Assembly: GCA_965116475.1 (NCBI GenBank)
Contig: OZ220691.1
Location: 3,392,001-3,456,000, forward strand
Direction: 5' to 3'
From: Gemmatimonadota bacterium
Lineage (GTDB): Bacteria > Gemmatimonadota > Gemmatimonadetes > Palauibacterales > Palauibacteraceae
DNA length: 64,000 bases
Part shown: piece after piece, positions 18,423 to 31,201 of the stretch
Layout: each line of letters starts with the position of its first letter
How positions within the stretch are numbered: position 1 is the stretch's first letter
Program-made: the position numbers and the translations under genes
Notes under the pieces: model-generated
What the model was told of the DNA's origin: nothing
Databases searched by the model: none
Seen by the model: only the letters and a program-made list of their open reading frames with translations

Positions 18423-18462
18423 CCTCCCCGGCGGAGACTCCGCCGCCGCGCGGAGCCCCGCC

Positions 18463-20054
18463 ATGCGGGTTCCCGCATGCCCGCCATCGGACTGGTGGCG
18501 CTATGCCGCCAGCGAGGTGTGGCTGCCCAGCGCGGCCGAGATGGGAGAGATCGACCGCGTCGCCGTCGACTCCGGGGCGATACCCGAACGCGCGCTGATC
18601 GAGAACGCCGGTCGGGCGTTGGCGCGCCACGTGCACGAACGGTTCCCGAACGGCCGTGTCGCGGTGCTCGCGGGAAGCGGCCACAACGGCGCCGATGCCC
18701 TCGTGGCCGGGCGGACGCTCTCTGCCTGGGGACGATCGGTCGGATTCGTCCGGTGCGGGAGCCGGGCCCCGGATCCGGATGTCCTCGCGGGCTGGCAACT
18801 GGATCTCGAACCGGCGGACGCGCTCCAGCGGGAACTCGCCGCGGCCGATGTCGTCGTCGACGGCATTCTGGGGACGGGCCTGACGACGGCGCCCCGGCCG
18901 CCCCAGGCGAGGATGATCGAACGCGTGAACGCGGCCCGCGCCGCCGTGGTCTCGGCCGATGGCCCCAGCGGCGTGGACTTCACGACGGGTCGCGTGCCGG
19001 GGGCCGCGATCCGGGCCGACCTGACGGTGACGTTCGGGTGGCCGAAGACGGGCCTTCTGAGTTTCCCGGCGCGCGAGCGCATCGGCGACCTGATTTCCGT
19101 GGAGATCGGCTTTCCGCCGCCGGAGCGGCCGCCGTCGGCGCGGGCCGTGACGGCGGCATGGGTGGCCGGCCTCCTCGGTGTGCGGCCCGCCGATGGCCAC
19201 AAGGGGGAGGCGGGCTATCTCGCGATCGTCGGTGGAGAGCGGGGCATGGCCGGCGCCGTCGTGCTTGCCGCCCGCGCCGCCATTCGGGCGGGGGCCGGCA
19301 TCGTGCGCGTCGTGAGCGCCCCCGAGAACCGGGAGATCGTGCAGACCGGGGTGCCCGAGGCTGTGTTCGCGGACTGGTCCGTGCCGGAAGCCGTGCGGTC
19401 CGCGCTCAACTGGGCCGGCGCGGTCGCGGTCGGACCGGGCCTCGGAACGGGACCGGGGCGGGCCGAGTTGATGCGGCGCGTGCTGGAGAACGGGTCCGTC
19501 CCGCTCGTCCTCGATGCGGACGCCCTGAACGTGCTCTCGGCGGAGGCGCGGGCGCCGCTCGGTCCGCTGGCCCCGCGCCGCTCCGTCCTCCTCACGCCGC
19601 ATCCCGGCGAGATGGCGCGGTTGCTCGGAACGTCGGTCGGCGAAGTGCGCGGGGATGCCCCGACCGCGGCCCGGCGGCTGGCGGACGCGACACGGGCGAC
19701 CGTGCTGCTCAAGGGCGCGCCGACCTGGGTGGCCCGGCCGGGGGGCGAACTGCGCGCGACCACGCTGGTGAGTCCGGCGTTCGCGAGCGGCGGCATGGGT
19801 GACGTGCTGACCGGCGCGTGCGGCGCCTTCCTGGCCTCCGGCCTCGGCCCCGCCGACGCGGCGTCCGCTGCCCTGACGCTCACGGCGCTGGCCGTTCTGC
19901 GCGGCGTGGACGAGATCGGCGGATCCGCGGCGGACGTCCCCGATGCGTTGCCGGACGCGCACCGGGCGCTGCGGCGATTGCGGCCCGGAGCCTGGCCGGG
20001 GGTCAACCTCGCCCTCCCGGCCGTGCCGGCCGCCGCGGCCGCGGACCGGGGCGC

Positions 20055-20058
<4 letters not shown>
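18463..20058 (+). CDS. nnr: Bifunctional NAD(P)H-hydrate epimerase/dehydratase
   Basis: LIENAG, GHNGAD, DGILGTG, DGPSG, HKGEAG, GPGLG, DADALN, TPHPGEM, GGMGDVLTG; start uncertain. Confidence 0.92.
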
Positions 20059-23255
<3,197 letters not shown>

Positions 23256-23256
<1 letters not shown>

Positions 23257-23600
23257 TGGCGGAGGCGGCCAACCGCAGGCTCACGCGGGCCATCACGTTC
23301 ATCGCCCTGATCGGGGCGGGTTACTACTGGATGGTGGGCGGAGAATACACGAGAGCCGGCCTGGAACGACTCGAAAGGGACATCGAATCGCGCAGAGCGG
23401 AGAATACGGCCCGCGAAGCTGAACTCGCGTCGATCCGCGCGTGGGCCGACAGTCTCGTGTCGAACTCCTGGGCGATCGAGCGCGTGGCCCGGGAACGGTA
23501 CGGTTTCGTCCGTCCCGACGAGATCCTGGTGCGGTTCGTCGAGCTGGGAGACGGAGGGGAGTCTCCCGCGCCGTCCCCGCAGGCGCACGCTCCTCCGTGA
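23256..23600 (+). CDS. ftsB: Septum formation initiator FtsB/DivIC
   Basis: TM helix + coiled coil + IERVARERYGFVRPDE; classic position after eno. Confidence 0.88.
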
Positions 23601-23680
23601 GCCGCGAACGCTCGCCGCTTTCCCCGCGGCTTGCCCCGAGCGCCACGAGGTGTAGGATAGCGCACCCACTTCACAACCAT

Positions 23681-23754
23681 GGCAGGGTAGCTCAGCCTGG
23701 TAGAGCAAGGGACTCATAAGCCCTGGGTCGGGGGTTCAAATCCCCCCCCTGCCA
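23681..23754 (+). tRNA. tRNA with CAU anticodon (elongator Met most likely; Ile2 not excluded), CCA not encoded
   Basis: Acceptor GGCAGGG/CCCTGCC+A, D-arm GCTC/GAGC, loop CTCATAA, T-loop TTCAAAT; paired G1-C72 argues against initiator; upstream TTGCCC-N16-TAGGAT. Confidence 0.95.
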
Positions 23755-23760
23755 CTCGTT

Positions 23761-25248
23761 ATGGCGGCGCAACATGAACTCGGAGCCGGGCCCGTCCGGG
23801 CCCTCGTGCGGTTCTCCGGCGAGCTCTCGACCAAGGCGCGCCGGACGCGGTCGCGCTTCCAGAACCGGCTCGCGGCCAACCTGCGCGACGCGTTCGACGC
23901 CGAGGGGATCGACGCCGCGCTCGAGTCCGGCTGGAGCCGCTTCCACGTGGAGAGCCCGGACGCGGCCTTCCTCGATCCGCTCCTGCGCACCTTCGGCGTG
24001 TCCAGTTGTTCCGTGCTGGCCGGCGAGTGCGAGGCGGACCTCGACGCGATCATCGCCACGGGCACGGCCCTCTTCGCCGAATCCGTCAGGGGCCGGAGCT
24101 ACGCGGTCCGGGCGCGCCGCTCCGGTTCGCACGATTTCTCTTCCGCCGACATCCAGCAGCGTCTCGGGGCGGCCCTCAACCCCGGCGCCACCGTCGACCT
24201 CGGGAATCCGGACATCACCGTGTTCGTCGAGGTCCGTGACGAACGGGTCTTCTTTCACGAGGACAGGATCAGCGGACCGTCCGGCCTCCCCCTCGGGGTG
24301 CAGGGACACGCCCTCGCCCTCATCTCCGGCGGCTTCGATTCGGCCGTCGCCGCCTGGATGGCGCTGCGCCGGGGGATTCGGCTCGACTACGTCTTCTGCA
24401 ACCTGGGCGGTAGCGCCTACGAGCGGATGGTCGTGGAGGTCACGAAGATCCTGGCGGATCGCTGGAGCTACGGGACCCGGCCCCGGCTGCACGTCCTCGA
24501 GTTCGGCCCGGTCGTCGAGGCGATGCGGGCCCGCGCCAAGCCCGCGTACCTGCAGGTCGTCCTCAAGCGGATGATGTATCGGGCGGCGGCGACGATCGGC
24601 GAACGGACCGGAGCCGAGGCGATCGTCACGGGCGAGTCGGTCGGACAGGTCTCCTCGCAGACGCTCCGCAATCTCCGCGCGATCGAGAACGCCTCCTCGC
24701 TTCCGGTGCTGCGCCCCCTGCTCGGTTTCCACAAGGAGGAGATCCTCGACCGGGCGCGGGAGATCGGCACCTACGAGCTTTCCGCCCGCGTGCGCGAGTA
24801 CTGCGACCTCGTGCCGCAACGGCCGGTCACCGCGTCGTCGCCGGAGGCCGCCGAGGCGCAGGAGTCGGCCGTCGGCCTCGAGGAACTCGACGGGGCGGTC
24901 GCCGGCGCGGCTGTGCACGATGTGCGCGCCCTGCGCCCGGAATCCATGGTCGGGGCGTCCCTCTACGTGGCCGACGTGCCCGACGGAGCGGTCATTCTCG
25001 ACACCCGTCCCCGCGCCGCGTTCGAGGCCTGGCACTGGCCGGGGGCGACCCTCCACGACCTCCCACAGCTCGAGCGGGACTTCGGCGAACTCGATCGCGA
25101 CGCGACGTACGTGCTCTGCTGTGCGGAGGGCGTGCGGACCGCCTACCTGGCCGAGGTCATGCAACGCGCGGGATACGAGGCGTACTCCTTCCTCGGCGGG
25201 GCGCCTCGCATGCGGCGCGCCGCGCGGGCCGGGCCGGGGAGCGACTGA
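23761..25248 (+). CDS. thiI: tRNA 4-thiouridine(8) synthase with THUMP, PP-loop and C-terminal rhodanese
   Basis: GELSTK, GLPLGVQG, SGGFDS, TGESVGQVSSQT, EYC, rhodanese LCCAEGVRT. Confidence 0.93.
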   Translation: MAAQHELGAGPVRALVRFSGELSTKARRTRSRFQNRLAANLRDAFDAEGIDAALESGWSRFHVESPDAAFLDPLLRTFGVSSCSVLAGECEADLDAIIATGTALFAESVRGRSYAVRARRSGSHDFSSADIQQRLGAALNPGATVDLGNPDITVFVEVRDERVFFHEDRISGPSGLPLGVQGHALALISGGFDSAVAAWMALRRGIRLDYVFCNLGGSAYERMVVEVTKILADRWSYGTRPRLHVLEFGPVVEAMRARAKPAYLQVVLKRMMYRAAATIGERTGAEAIVTGESVGQVSSQTLRNLRAIENASSLPVLRPLLGFHKEEILDRAREIGTYELSARVREYCDLVPQRPVTASSPEAAEAQESAVGLEELDGAVAGAAVHDVRALRPESMVGASLYVADVPDGAVILDTRPRAAFEAWHWPGATLHDLPQLERDFGELDRDATYVLCCAEGVRTAYLAEVMQRAGYEAYSFLGGAPRMRRAARAGPGSD

Positions 25249-25297
25249 TCGCGGCCCGTTTTGACACCCCCGCCCATGCGGGGCGAGCTTGGGCCGC

Positions 25298-26053
25298 ATG
25301 AGCGGGAACGAGAGCGGCATGACGGCGGCCCTGGAAGCCGTGCGGCAGGGGGAAGTACCGACGCACGTCGCCGTCATCATGGACGGGAACGGCCGCTGGG
25401 CGAGAGGGCGCGGCCTGCCGAGATGGGAAGGGCACCGCGCGGGCATGACGGCGGTGCGCGAGATCATCGAAGGGGCGGCGGAGGCCGGCGTGGCCCACCT
25501 CACCCTCTATGCCTTCTCGGATGAGAACTGGTTCCGGCCTTCGCTGGAGGTGGAAGCGCTGATGACGCTCCTCCAGGAGTATGTGAAGAGCCAGCGCGCA
25601 TCGCTCGTCAGGCACGGCATCCGGGTCACCGTGTTCGGGGACCGGGTGCGGCTTCCGGAGGAGGCCCGGCGGGCGATCTCGGAACTCGAAGCGTCGACGG
25701 AGGGAGGGACGGCCCTGGAGGTGCACCTCGCGATCAGCTACGGATCGCGGGCGGAACTCGCGGGGGTGGCGCGAACGCTCGCGCAGCGCTGCCTGGAGGG
25801 CGAGCTGGCCCCGGAGGATATCGACGCGGAACGCTTCGGGGCCGAACTCCTGACGAGCGACTGGCCGGATCCGGACCTCCTGATCCGCACCTCGGGCGAG
25901 CAGCGCATCTCCAACTTCCTCCTCTGGCAGCTCGCGTACGCGGAACTCTTCGTGACGGATGTCCTGTGGCCCGACTTCACCCGCGAGCACCTCTTCGCCG
26001 CGCTCGTCGACTACAGGCGCCGCGAGCGGAGATTCGGGCTGGTGAAGACGTGA
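25298..26053 (+). CDS. uppS: Undecaprenyl/polyprenyl diphosphate synthase
   Basis: IMDGNGRWA, YAFSDENW, DLLIRTSGEQRISNFLLWQ. Confidence 0.96.
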   Translation: MSGNESGMTAALEAVRQGEVPTHVAVIMDGNGRWARGRGLPRWEGHRAGMTAVREIIEGAAEAGVAHLTLYAFSDENWFRPSLEVEALMTLLQEYVKSQRASLVRHGIRVTVFGDRVRLPEEARRAISELEASTEGGTALEVHLAISYGSRAELAGVARTLAQRCLEGELAPEDIDAERFGAELLTSDWPDPDLLIRTSGEQRISNFLLWQLAYAELFVTDVLWPDFTREHLFAALVDYRRRERRFGLVKT

Positions 26054-26069
26054 GGCCACCGGGACCGGC

Positions 26070-26921
26070 ATGAGTCCGAACCTCCGCAAGAGACTCGCGG
26101 TCGCCGGTATCGGCGTTCCGCTCTGCGCGCTGGTCACCTACGCCGGCGGGGTTGTCTTCGTCACCGGGCTGGGCGCGGCGGCCGCGCTCGGCTACCGGGA
26201 ATTCGCGGCGATGATGCGGGGGACGGGGACGCGGGTCCTCGCGCTGCCGGGAGCGGGGGCCGCGTTTCTCTTCCCGTTCGCCGTCTTCGCGGGCGGTGTC
26301 GAGGGCGGCGGAGTCTTTGCGGCGGGTCTGATGCTTGCCTTCCCCGCGCTCGCGCTCGCGACGGTGAAGCTCTCGGAGCGGCCGATCCGGGCCGCCGCCT
26401 GCACGACGTTCGGAGTCTTCTACGTCGGCGGGTTGCTGGCCCTGGGCGTCCCGCTGCGCGAAGGCGGACTTCTGCCTGCGCCCGGCGGCGATACGAGCGC
26501 CGGGCGGATGGCCGGCACGCTGCTCTTCTTCCTCCCGGTCGTCATCACGTGGCTTGCCGACACGGCGGCGTACCTCGGCGGGCGCGCGCTCGGGAAACGC
26601 CCGCTCGCGCCGCGCGTGAGCCCCAACAAGACGGTTGCGGGAGCCGTGTGCGCGCTGCTGGCGGGCGTCGCTACCGCCGTCCTCTATCCGCGATTCCTCC
26701 TTCCGGAGATCTGGGCGCCGGGCCTGGTCTCCACGCTGGCCTTCGGGCTCGTAGTGACGGGGCTGGCGATCATCGGAGATCTTGCGGAATCGGCCCTCAA
26801 GCGCGAGTGCGGGGTGAAGGACTCGTCGGGTCTGCTCCCCGGGCACGGGGGAATGCTGGACCGGCTCGATTCCATCCTGTGGGCCGTTCCGGCGGCGTTC
26901 CTCTTCCTCCTCTTCGCGTGA
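26070..26921 (+). CDS. cdsA: Phosphatidate cytidylyltransferase
   Basis: DTAAY, SPNKT, GDLAESALKR..GVKDSSGLLPGHGGMLDRLDS. Confidence 0.95.
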   Translation: MSPNLRKRLAVAGIGVPLCALVTYAGGVVFVTGLGAAAALGYREFAAMMRGTGTRVLALPGAGAAFLFPFAVFAGGVEGGGVFAAGLMLAFPALALATVKLSERPIRAAACTTFGVFYVGGLLALGVPLREGGLLPAPGGDTSAGRMAGTLLFFLPVVITWLADTAAYLGGRALGKRPLAPRVSPNKTVAGAVCALLAGVATAVLYPRFLLPEIWAPGLVSTLAFGLVVTGLAIIGDLAESALKRECGVKDSSGLLPGHGGMLDRLDSILWAVPAAFLFLLFA

Positions 26922-28084
26922 AGCACGTCGCCGTCCTCGGCGCCACGGGATCCGTCGGCGGGGGCACGCTCGAGGTGATCCGCCGCCACCCGGCGCGGTT
27001 TCGCGCCGCCGTCCTGACGGCGAACCGCAGCTGGGAGGCGCTCGACGCCCTCGCCCTCGACCGGGACCCGGATTTCGTCGTGCTCGGGACTCCGCCGCCT
27101 GACGACTTTGCGCCGCGCTGGGCCGGAGAATGGCGCTTCGGCGCCACTGCGCTGGCCGAGGCCGCCGGATCGTCCGGGATCGACATCGTGCTCAACGCGG
27201 TCGTGGGGTTTGCCGGGCTCGACGCGACGCTGGCGGCGCTCGGTGCGGGGAAGCGGCTGGCGCTCGCGAACAAGGAATCGCTCGTGGCCGGAGGAGACCT
27301 CGTGATGGGGGCGCTGCGCCGCGGCGGCGGCGAACTCCTGCCCGTGGACAGCGAGCACTCCGCGGTCCACCAGTGCCTGGCCGGGCGTCCCGTGTCGGAG
27401 GTCGCGCGGGTTACCCTCACGGCCTCGGGCGGTCCCTTCCGCGAGTGGCCGCCGCGGCGACTCGCCTCCGTAACGCCGGCCGATGCCCTGCGTCACCCCA
27501 CGTGGTCGATGGGAGCCAAGATCACGATCGACTCTGCCACGCTGGCGAACAAGGCGCTCGAGGTCATCGAGGCGCACACTTTGTTCGACCTCCCCTACGA
27601 GCGCATCGAGGTCGTCGTGCACCCCACGTCGATCGTCCACTCCCTCGTCGAATTCAGGGACGGTTCCTCGCTCGCGCAGCTGGGCCGGCCCTCCATGGAG
27701 ATTCCGATCCTGTGGGCGCTCGGCTACCCCGACCGGCTCGATGACGCACGTCGCGAGGCGGGGTTCGACCCCGTACGGGATGGTCCGCTGGAGTTCGAAC
27801 CGGTGCGGGAGGAGGATTTTCCGCTCTTCCGGGCGGGGGTCGCGGCGGGAGAGGCAGGAGGCGAGTTTCCGGTGGCCTTCAATGCGGCCAACGAGGTTGC
27901 GGTCGAGAGGTTCCTCTCCGGGGACATCGGCTTCAGGGAACTCGCCGATGTCGTGCTTCGTACACTGGAACGGTTCTCGTCGCGCGCCATCGCATCGGTG
28001 GAGGATGCCCGGCGCGTCGACGCCCGGGCGCGCGCCATCGCCCGCGACCCACATGGGGAGTCCAAGTCGGGAGACGCTGAGTGA
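26918..28084 (+). CDS. dxr: 1-deoxy-D-xylulose-5-phosphate reductoisomerase
   Basis: GATGSVG, LANKESLV, PVDSEHSA, TASGGPF, HPTWSMGAKITIDSAT. Confidence 0.96.
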   Translation: MKHVAVLGATGSVGGGTLEVIRRHPARFRAAVLTANRSWEALDALALDRDPDFVVLGTPPPDDFAPRWAGEWRFGATALAEAAGSSGIDIVLNAVVGFAGLDATLAALGAGKRLALANKESLVAGGDLVMGALRRGGGELLPVDSEHSAVHQCLAGRPVSEVARVTLTASGGPFREWPPRRLASVTPADALRHPTWSMGAKITIDSATLANKALEVIEAHTLFDLPYERIEVVVHPTSIVHSLVEFRDGSSLAQLGRPSMEIPILWALGYPDRLDDARREAGFDPVRDGPLEFEPVREEDFPLFRAGVAAGEAGGEFPVAFNAANEVAVERFLSGDIGFRELADVVLRTLERFSSRAIASVEDARRVDARARAIARDPHGESKSGDAE

Positions 28085-29184
28085 TCGTAACGATTCTGGT
28101 AACCATCCTTGTCCTGGGCGTGCTCATCTTCGTGCACGAGCTGGGGCATTTCTGGGCCGCGAAGAGCGTCGGGATCGACGTGCCGCGGTTTTCGATCGGC
28201 CTGGGCCCGAAGATGGTGGGATTCCGGCGCGGTGGAACGGAGTATGTCCTCTCATGGATCCCGCTCGGCGGCTACGTCAAGATGGCGGGGATGGCGGACG
28301 AGGAAGTGACGTCGACGCTCGAGGGCGGAGGCGGCCCGGAGGACACGGCGCGGCGCAAGCCGGACCCGGGGCCCGGAGACTTCGACGGGAAGCCGCTCTG
28401 GGCCCGCGTTTTCGCCATTTCGGCCGGCGTCATCATGAACTGGTTGTTCGCGGTCGTCGCTTTCGCGGCGATCGCGATGGGGCGTGGCGTGTTCGAGCCC
28501 CGGATCGCCGAAGTCGCGCCCGGGTCACCGGCGGCGGAGGCGGGACTGCGGGCCGACGATCTGATCCGGCGCGTGGATGGCGCCGCGGTGCATGACCCCG
28601 CCCAGGTGACGATGCGGATCGAGCGCCGTCCCGGAGAGTCCATCGACATCATCGTTGAGCGGCTGGGGGAGCAACTCACCTTCGTCGCGACGCCCGATGT
28701 GGTCGAGCAGTACTCGGACCTCACGGGAGAATCGAGGACGGTCGGGCGCGTCGGCATCACCGTCGGCGCCGATGGCGGTCGAGCGGGCCCCGTCGCGGCG
28801 CTTGGCCGCGGGTGGTCGGATGCCACCTACTGGGGCGGCGCCGTCCTTCAGTTCCTCGGAGACCTGGTCACCGGACGAAGTTCGGCGCGCGAAGTCGGCG
28901 GCCCCATCCTGATCGGGGAGATTTCCGGGCGCGCCGCGCGCGCGGGGTTCTGGGAACTCCTGAGCTTCATGGCGATCATCAGCATCAATCTCGCCATTTT
29001 CAATCTGTTGCCGATTCCCGTCCTCGATGGAGGACACCTCCTCTTCCTCGGGATCGAGGCGGTCCGCGGCCGGGCGCTCAGCGTCCAGGCGCGCCTGCGG
29101 TTCACGACGGTGGGGATGGTCTTCGTCCTCGCCCTCATGGTGTGGGCCGTGGGGAACGACGTACTGAGAGTGCTCCTCCGCTAG
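28081..29184 (+). CDS. rseP: Intramembrane metalloprotease RseP with PDZ domain
   Basis: HELGH, IPLGGYVKM, PDZ-like segment, NLLPIPVLDGG. Confidence 0.95.
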   Translation: MIVTILVTILVLGVLIFVHELGHFWAAKSVGIDVPRFSIGLGPKMVGFRRGGTEYVLSWIPLGGYVKMAGMADEEVTSTLEGGGGPEDTARRKPDPGPGDFDGKPLWARVFAISAGVIMNWLFAVVAFAAIAMGRGVFEPRIAEVAPGSPAAEAGLRADDLIRRVDGAAVHDPAQVTMRIERRPGESIDIIVERLGEQLTFVATPDVVEQYSDLTGESRTVGRVGITVGADGGRAGPVAALGRGWSDATYWGGAVLQFLGDLVTGRSSAREVGGPILIGEISGRAARAGFWELLSFMAIISINLAIFNLLPIPVLDGGHLLFLGIEAVRGRALSVQARLRFTTVGMVFVLALMVWAVGNDVLRVLLR

Positions 29185-30008
29185 AGTAGAGAGAGTTGTT
29201 CGGCGCCGGCGCGAGCTCTCGCGAGCGCGGCCACGTCGTAGCGGGGGCTGGGTTCCTCCTGGGCGGCGGCGTCCAGTAGTCCATCGTATCCCGCCGGCGC
29301 CAGACCTTCCGCGACTCGGTCCAGGGCGAGTTCGCGGTCGTTGCACTCCTGGCTCAGGTGAGCGAGCAGGATCCCGCCCAGTCCCGGGTGCGCGAGTTCG
29401 GCGGCGAACTCGGCCGCGTGGCGGTTGGAGAGGTGGCCGCGGCTGCCCCCGATCCGCTGCTTCACCCGCCATGGATAGGAGGCCGCCCGGAGACGGTGTT
29501 CGTCGTGGTTCGCTTCCACGATGAGAAAGGCGCACTCCCGGAGCGCGACGCGGACGGGCGTCGTCGGTCTCCCGAGGTCCGTCGCGATCCCCACGCGCAG
29601 GCCCGTGGGCCGGTGCAGTACCGTGACGGCGACGGGTTTCGCGGCATCGTGCGCGGTGGGGGCGGCCTCGATCGCGAGGTCGCCGACCTCGAGTCCCGTG
29701 AGCGGCAGGTCCCCGCAACGCTCCTGCCCGCGCAGGAGAGGGGCGCAGGCGCGGCGGGTCGGAGGGTTCATGGCGAGCCGCCAGCCCCAGCGGCGGGCTC
29801 CGATGCCGATGCCCGCGGCGTGATCCCGGTGCTCGTGGGTGACGACGACGAGGTCGACGGCTTCGGGCTCCACGTCGAGTTCGGCGAGTCGGCGCGCGAG
29901 CTGAACCCCGGAGAATCCCGCATCGACGAGCACGCGTGCGCGGTCACCCTCCACGAGGAACGCGTTGCCGCGGCTGCCCGAGCCCAGCGACGCGACGGAC
30001 AGGCTCAC
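29181..30008 (-). CDS. MBL-fold metallohydrolase (YycJ/WalJ-like)
   Basis: SLGSGSRGN, THEHRDH, TDLG, EANHD, GHLSN, LAHLS..CN; shares a CTAG stop with the convergent rseP. Confidence 0.9.
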   Translation of the reverse strand: MSLSVASLGSGSRGNAFLVEGDRARVLVDAGFSGVQLARRLAELDVEPEAVDLVVVTHEHRDHAAGIGIGARRWGWRLAMNPPTRRACAPLLRGQERCGDLPLTGLEVGDLAIEAAPTAHDAAKPVAVTVLHRPTGLRVGIATDLGRPTTPVRVALRECAFLIVEANHDEHRLRAASYPWRVKQRIGGSRGHLSNRHAAEFAAELAHPGLGGILLAHLSQECNDRELALDRVAEGLAPAGYDGLLDAAAQEEPSPRYDVAALARARAGAEQLSLL

Positions 30009-31201
30009 GAGCGGCGGGCCTCGTCCCAGACATCGCCCAGCCAGTCGCGGAACTCCGGGGTCCCCTCGAGTCCCCGGCGCTCGGCGACCCGGACGGCAGT
30101 GGAGAGGAAATCGTCGCGACGGTGCGGCTCCGCGTTCCGGCCTCCTCCCCACGAGAAGGGTTCCACCCATCGGGGGGGCGGCTCCGCGCCGAACAGGCTG
30201 GATCCGGCGCCGACGACCGTGCCGGTTTCGATCCGGGCGCCGACACCGGTCTTCACGTGATCGCCGAGCAGGCAGCCGAGCTTGAGGAGTCCGGTGTCCC
30301 GCCGTGCGCCGGGCGGCCCGACCCGGATCGAGCCGTAGGTGTGTTTGAGATCACTGTTTACGGTAGCCGCGCCGAGGTTGACCCAGCGTCCGAGGTACGC
30401 ATGTCCGAGGAACCCGTCGTGCGCCTTGTTCGAATAGCCCAGCGTCGTCACGCGGTCGACCTCGCCCCGCACGCGGGAGCGGGGTCCCCCCGAGAAGCGC
30501 GAGATGTGGCCGCCGAGGAGCTGCGAGCCGTCTCCCGCGTAGAGCGGGCCGCCGAGACGGGTGCCGGCGAGGACCCGGACTCCGGGACCGAGGTCGATCG
30601 GGCCCCCGCGCGTATCGAAGAGCACGCCGGGTTCCACCTGCGCCTCCTCGCCGATGCGGATCGGGGCGTCGCCGAGGCGCCAGCAGCCGCCCGGCACGTC
30701 CGTCGCTTCCGGGCCCGGCCCGGCCGTCAGGTCGGCGGCCAGCCGGTCGGGTCCGCCGGATACGAGGTCCCACGGGTGTCGGAGCCAGGCGCCGGGCACG
30801 TCGCGGTCGGGCAGGCCGGGCCGGGGGCGGGGTGCGCCGAACCAATCCGCCCGCGGCGGCTCGGCGTCGGCGCCCAGGCGGACGCCCGCCAGCCGGTCGG
30901 CGACCCAGAGGTTGGCGGGCGCGTCGTTCCACGCCGCGTCGAGCGACGGCACGGCCCGCGCGTTCCATGCGGTACAGGGCGTGGACAGCGCGTCCGCATC
31001 CAGGCAGCGCGGCGCTCCGGGCTCCGTGTACCGGCGCAGCCAGGGGCGCGTCACGTGGCCCGCCACGCGCGTGCGCGCGACCCGTTCGAGCCGTTCGCGT
31101 AGCGTCCAGCGGCCGAAGACGAGTTCGCCGCACGGCCGGGTGAGCGCGAAAGGGGCCCAGCCGTCCGCCTGCTCGTCGTCGAACATGACGAGCGTCGTCA
31201 A
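30005..31201 (-). CDS. GlmU-like sugar nucleotidyltransferase / left-handed beta-helix acyltransferase
   Basis: PFALTRPCGEL..G..TLRE N-terminus, hexapeptide region, SNKAHDGFLGHAYLGRWVNLGA, NSDLK, GDHVKTG; TTG start. Confidence 0.82.
   Translation of the reverse strand: MTTLVMFDDEQADGWAPFALTRPCGELVFGRWTLRERLERVARTRVAGHVTRPWLRRYTEPGAPRCLDADALSTPCTAWNARAVPSLDAAWNDAPANLWVADRLAGVRLGADAEPPRADWFGAPRPRPGLPDRDVPGAWLRHPWDLVSGGPDRLAADLTAGPGPEATDVPGGCWRLGDAPIRIGEEAQVEPGVLFDTRGGPIDLGPGVRVLAGTRLGGPLYAGDGSQLLGGHISRFSGGPRSRVRGEVDRVTTLGYSNKAHDGFLGHAYLGRWVNLGAATVNSDLKHTYGSIRVGPPGARRDTGLLKLGCLLGDHVKTGVGARIETGTVVGAGSSLFGAEPPPRWVEPFSWGGGRNAEPHRRDDFLSTAVRVAERRGLEGTPEFRDWLGDVWDEARRS

Noticed and set aside
23681..23760. 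tRNA as an island integration site
   Set aside because: No integrase, no duplicated tRNA 3' end noticed, housekeeping genes on both sides.
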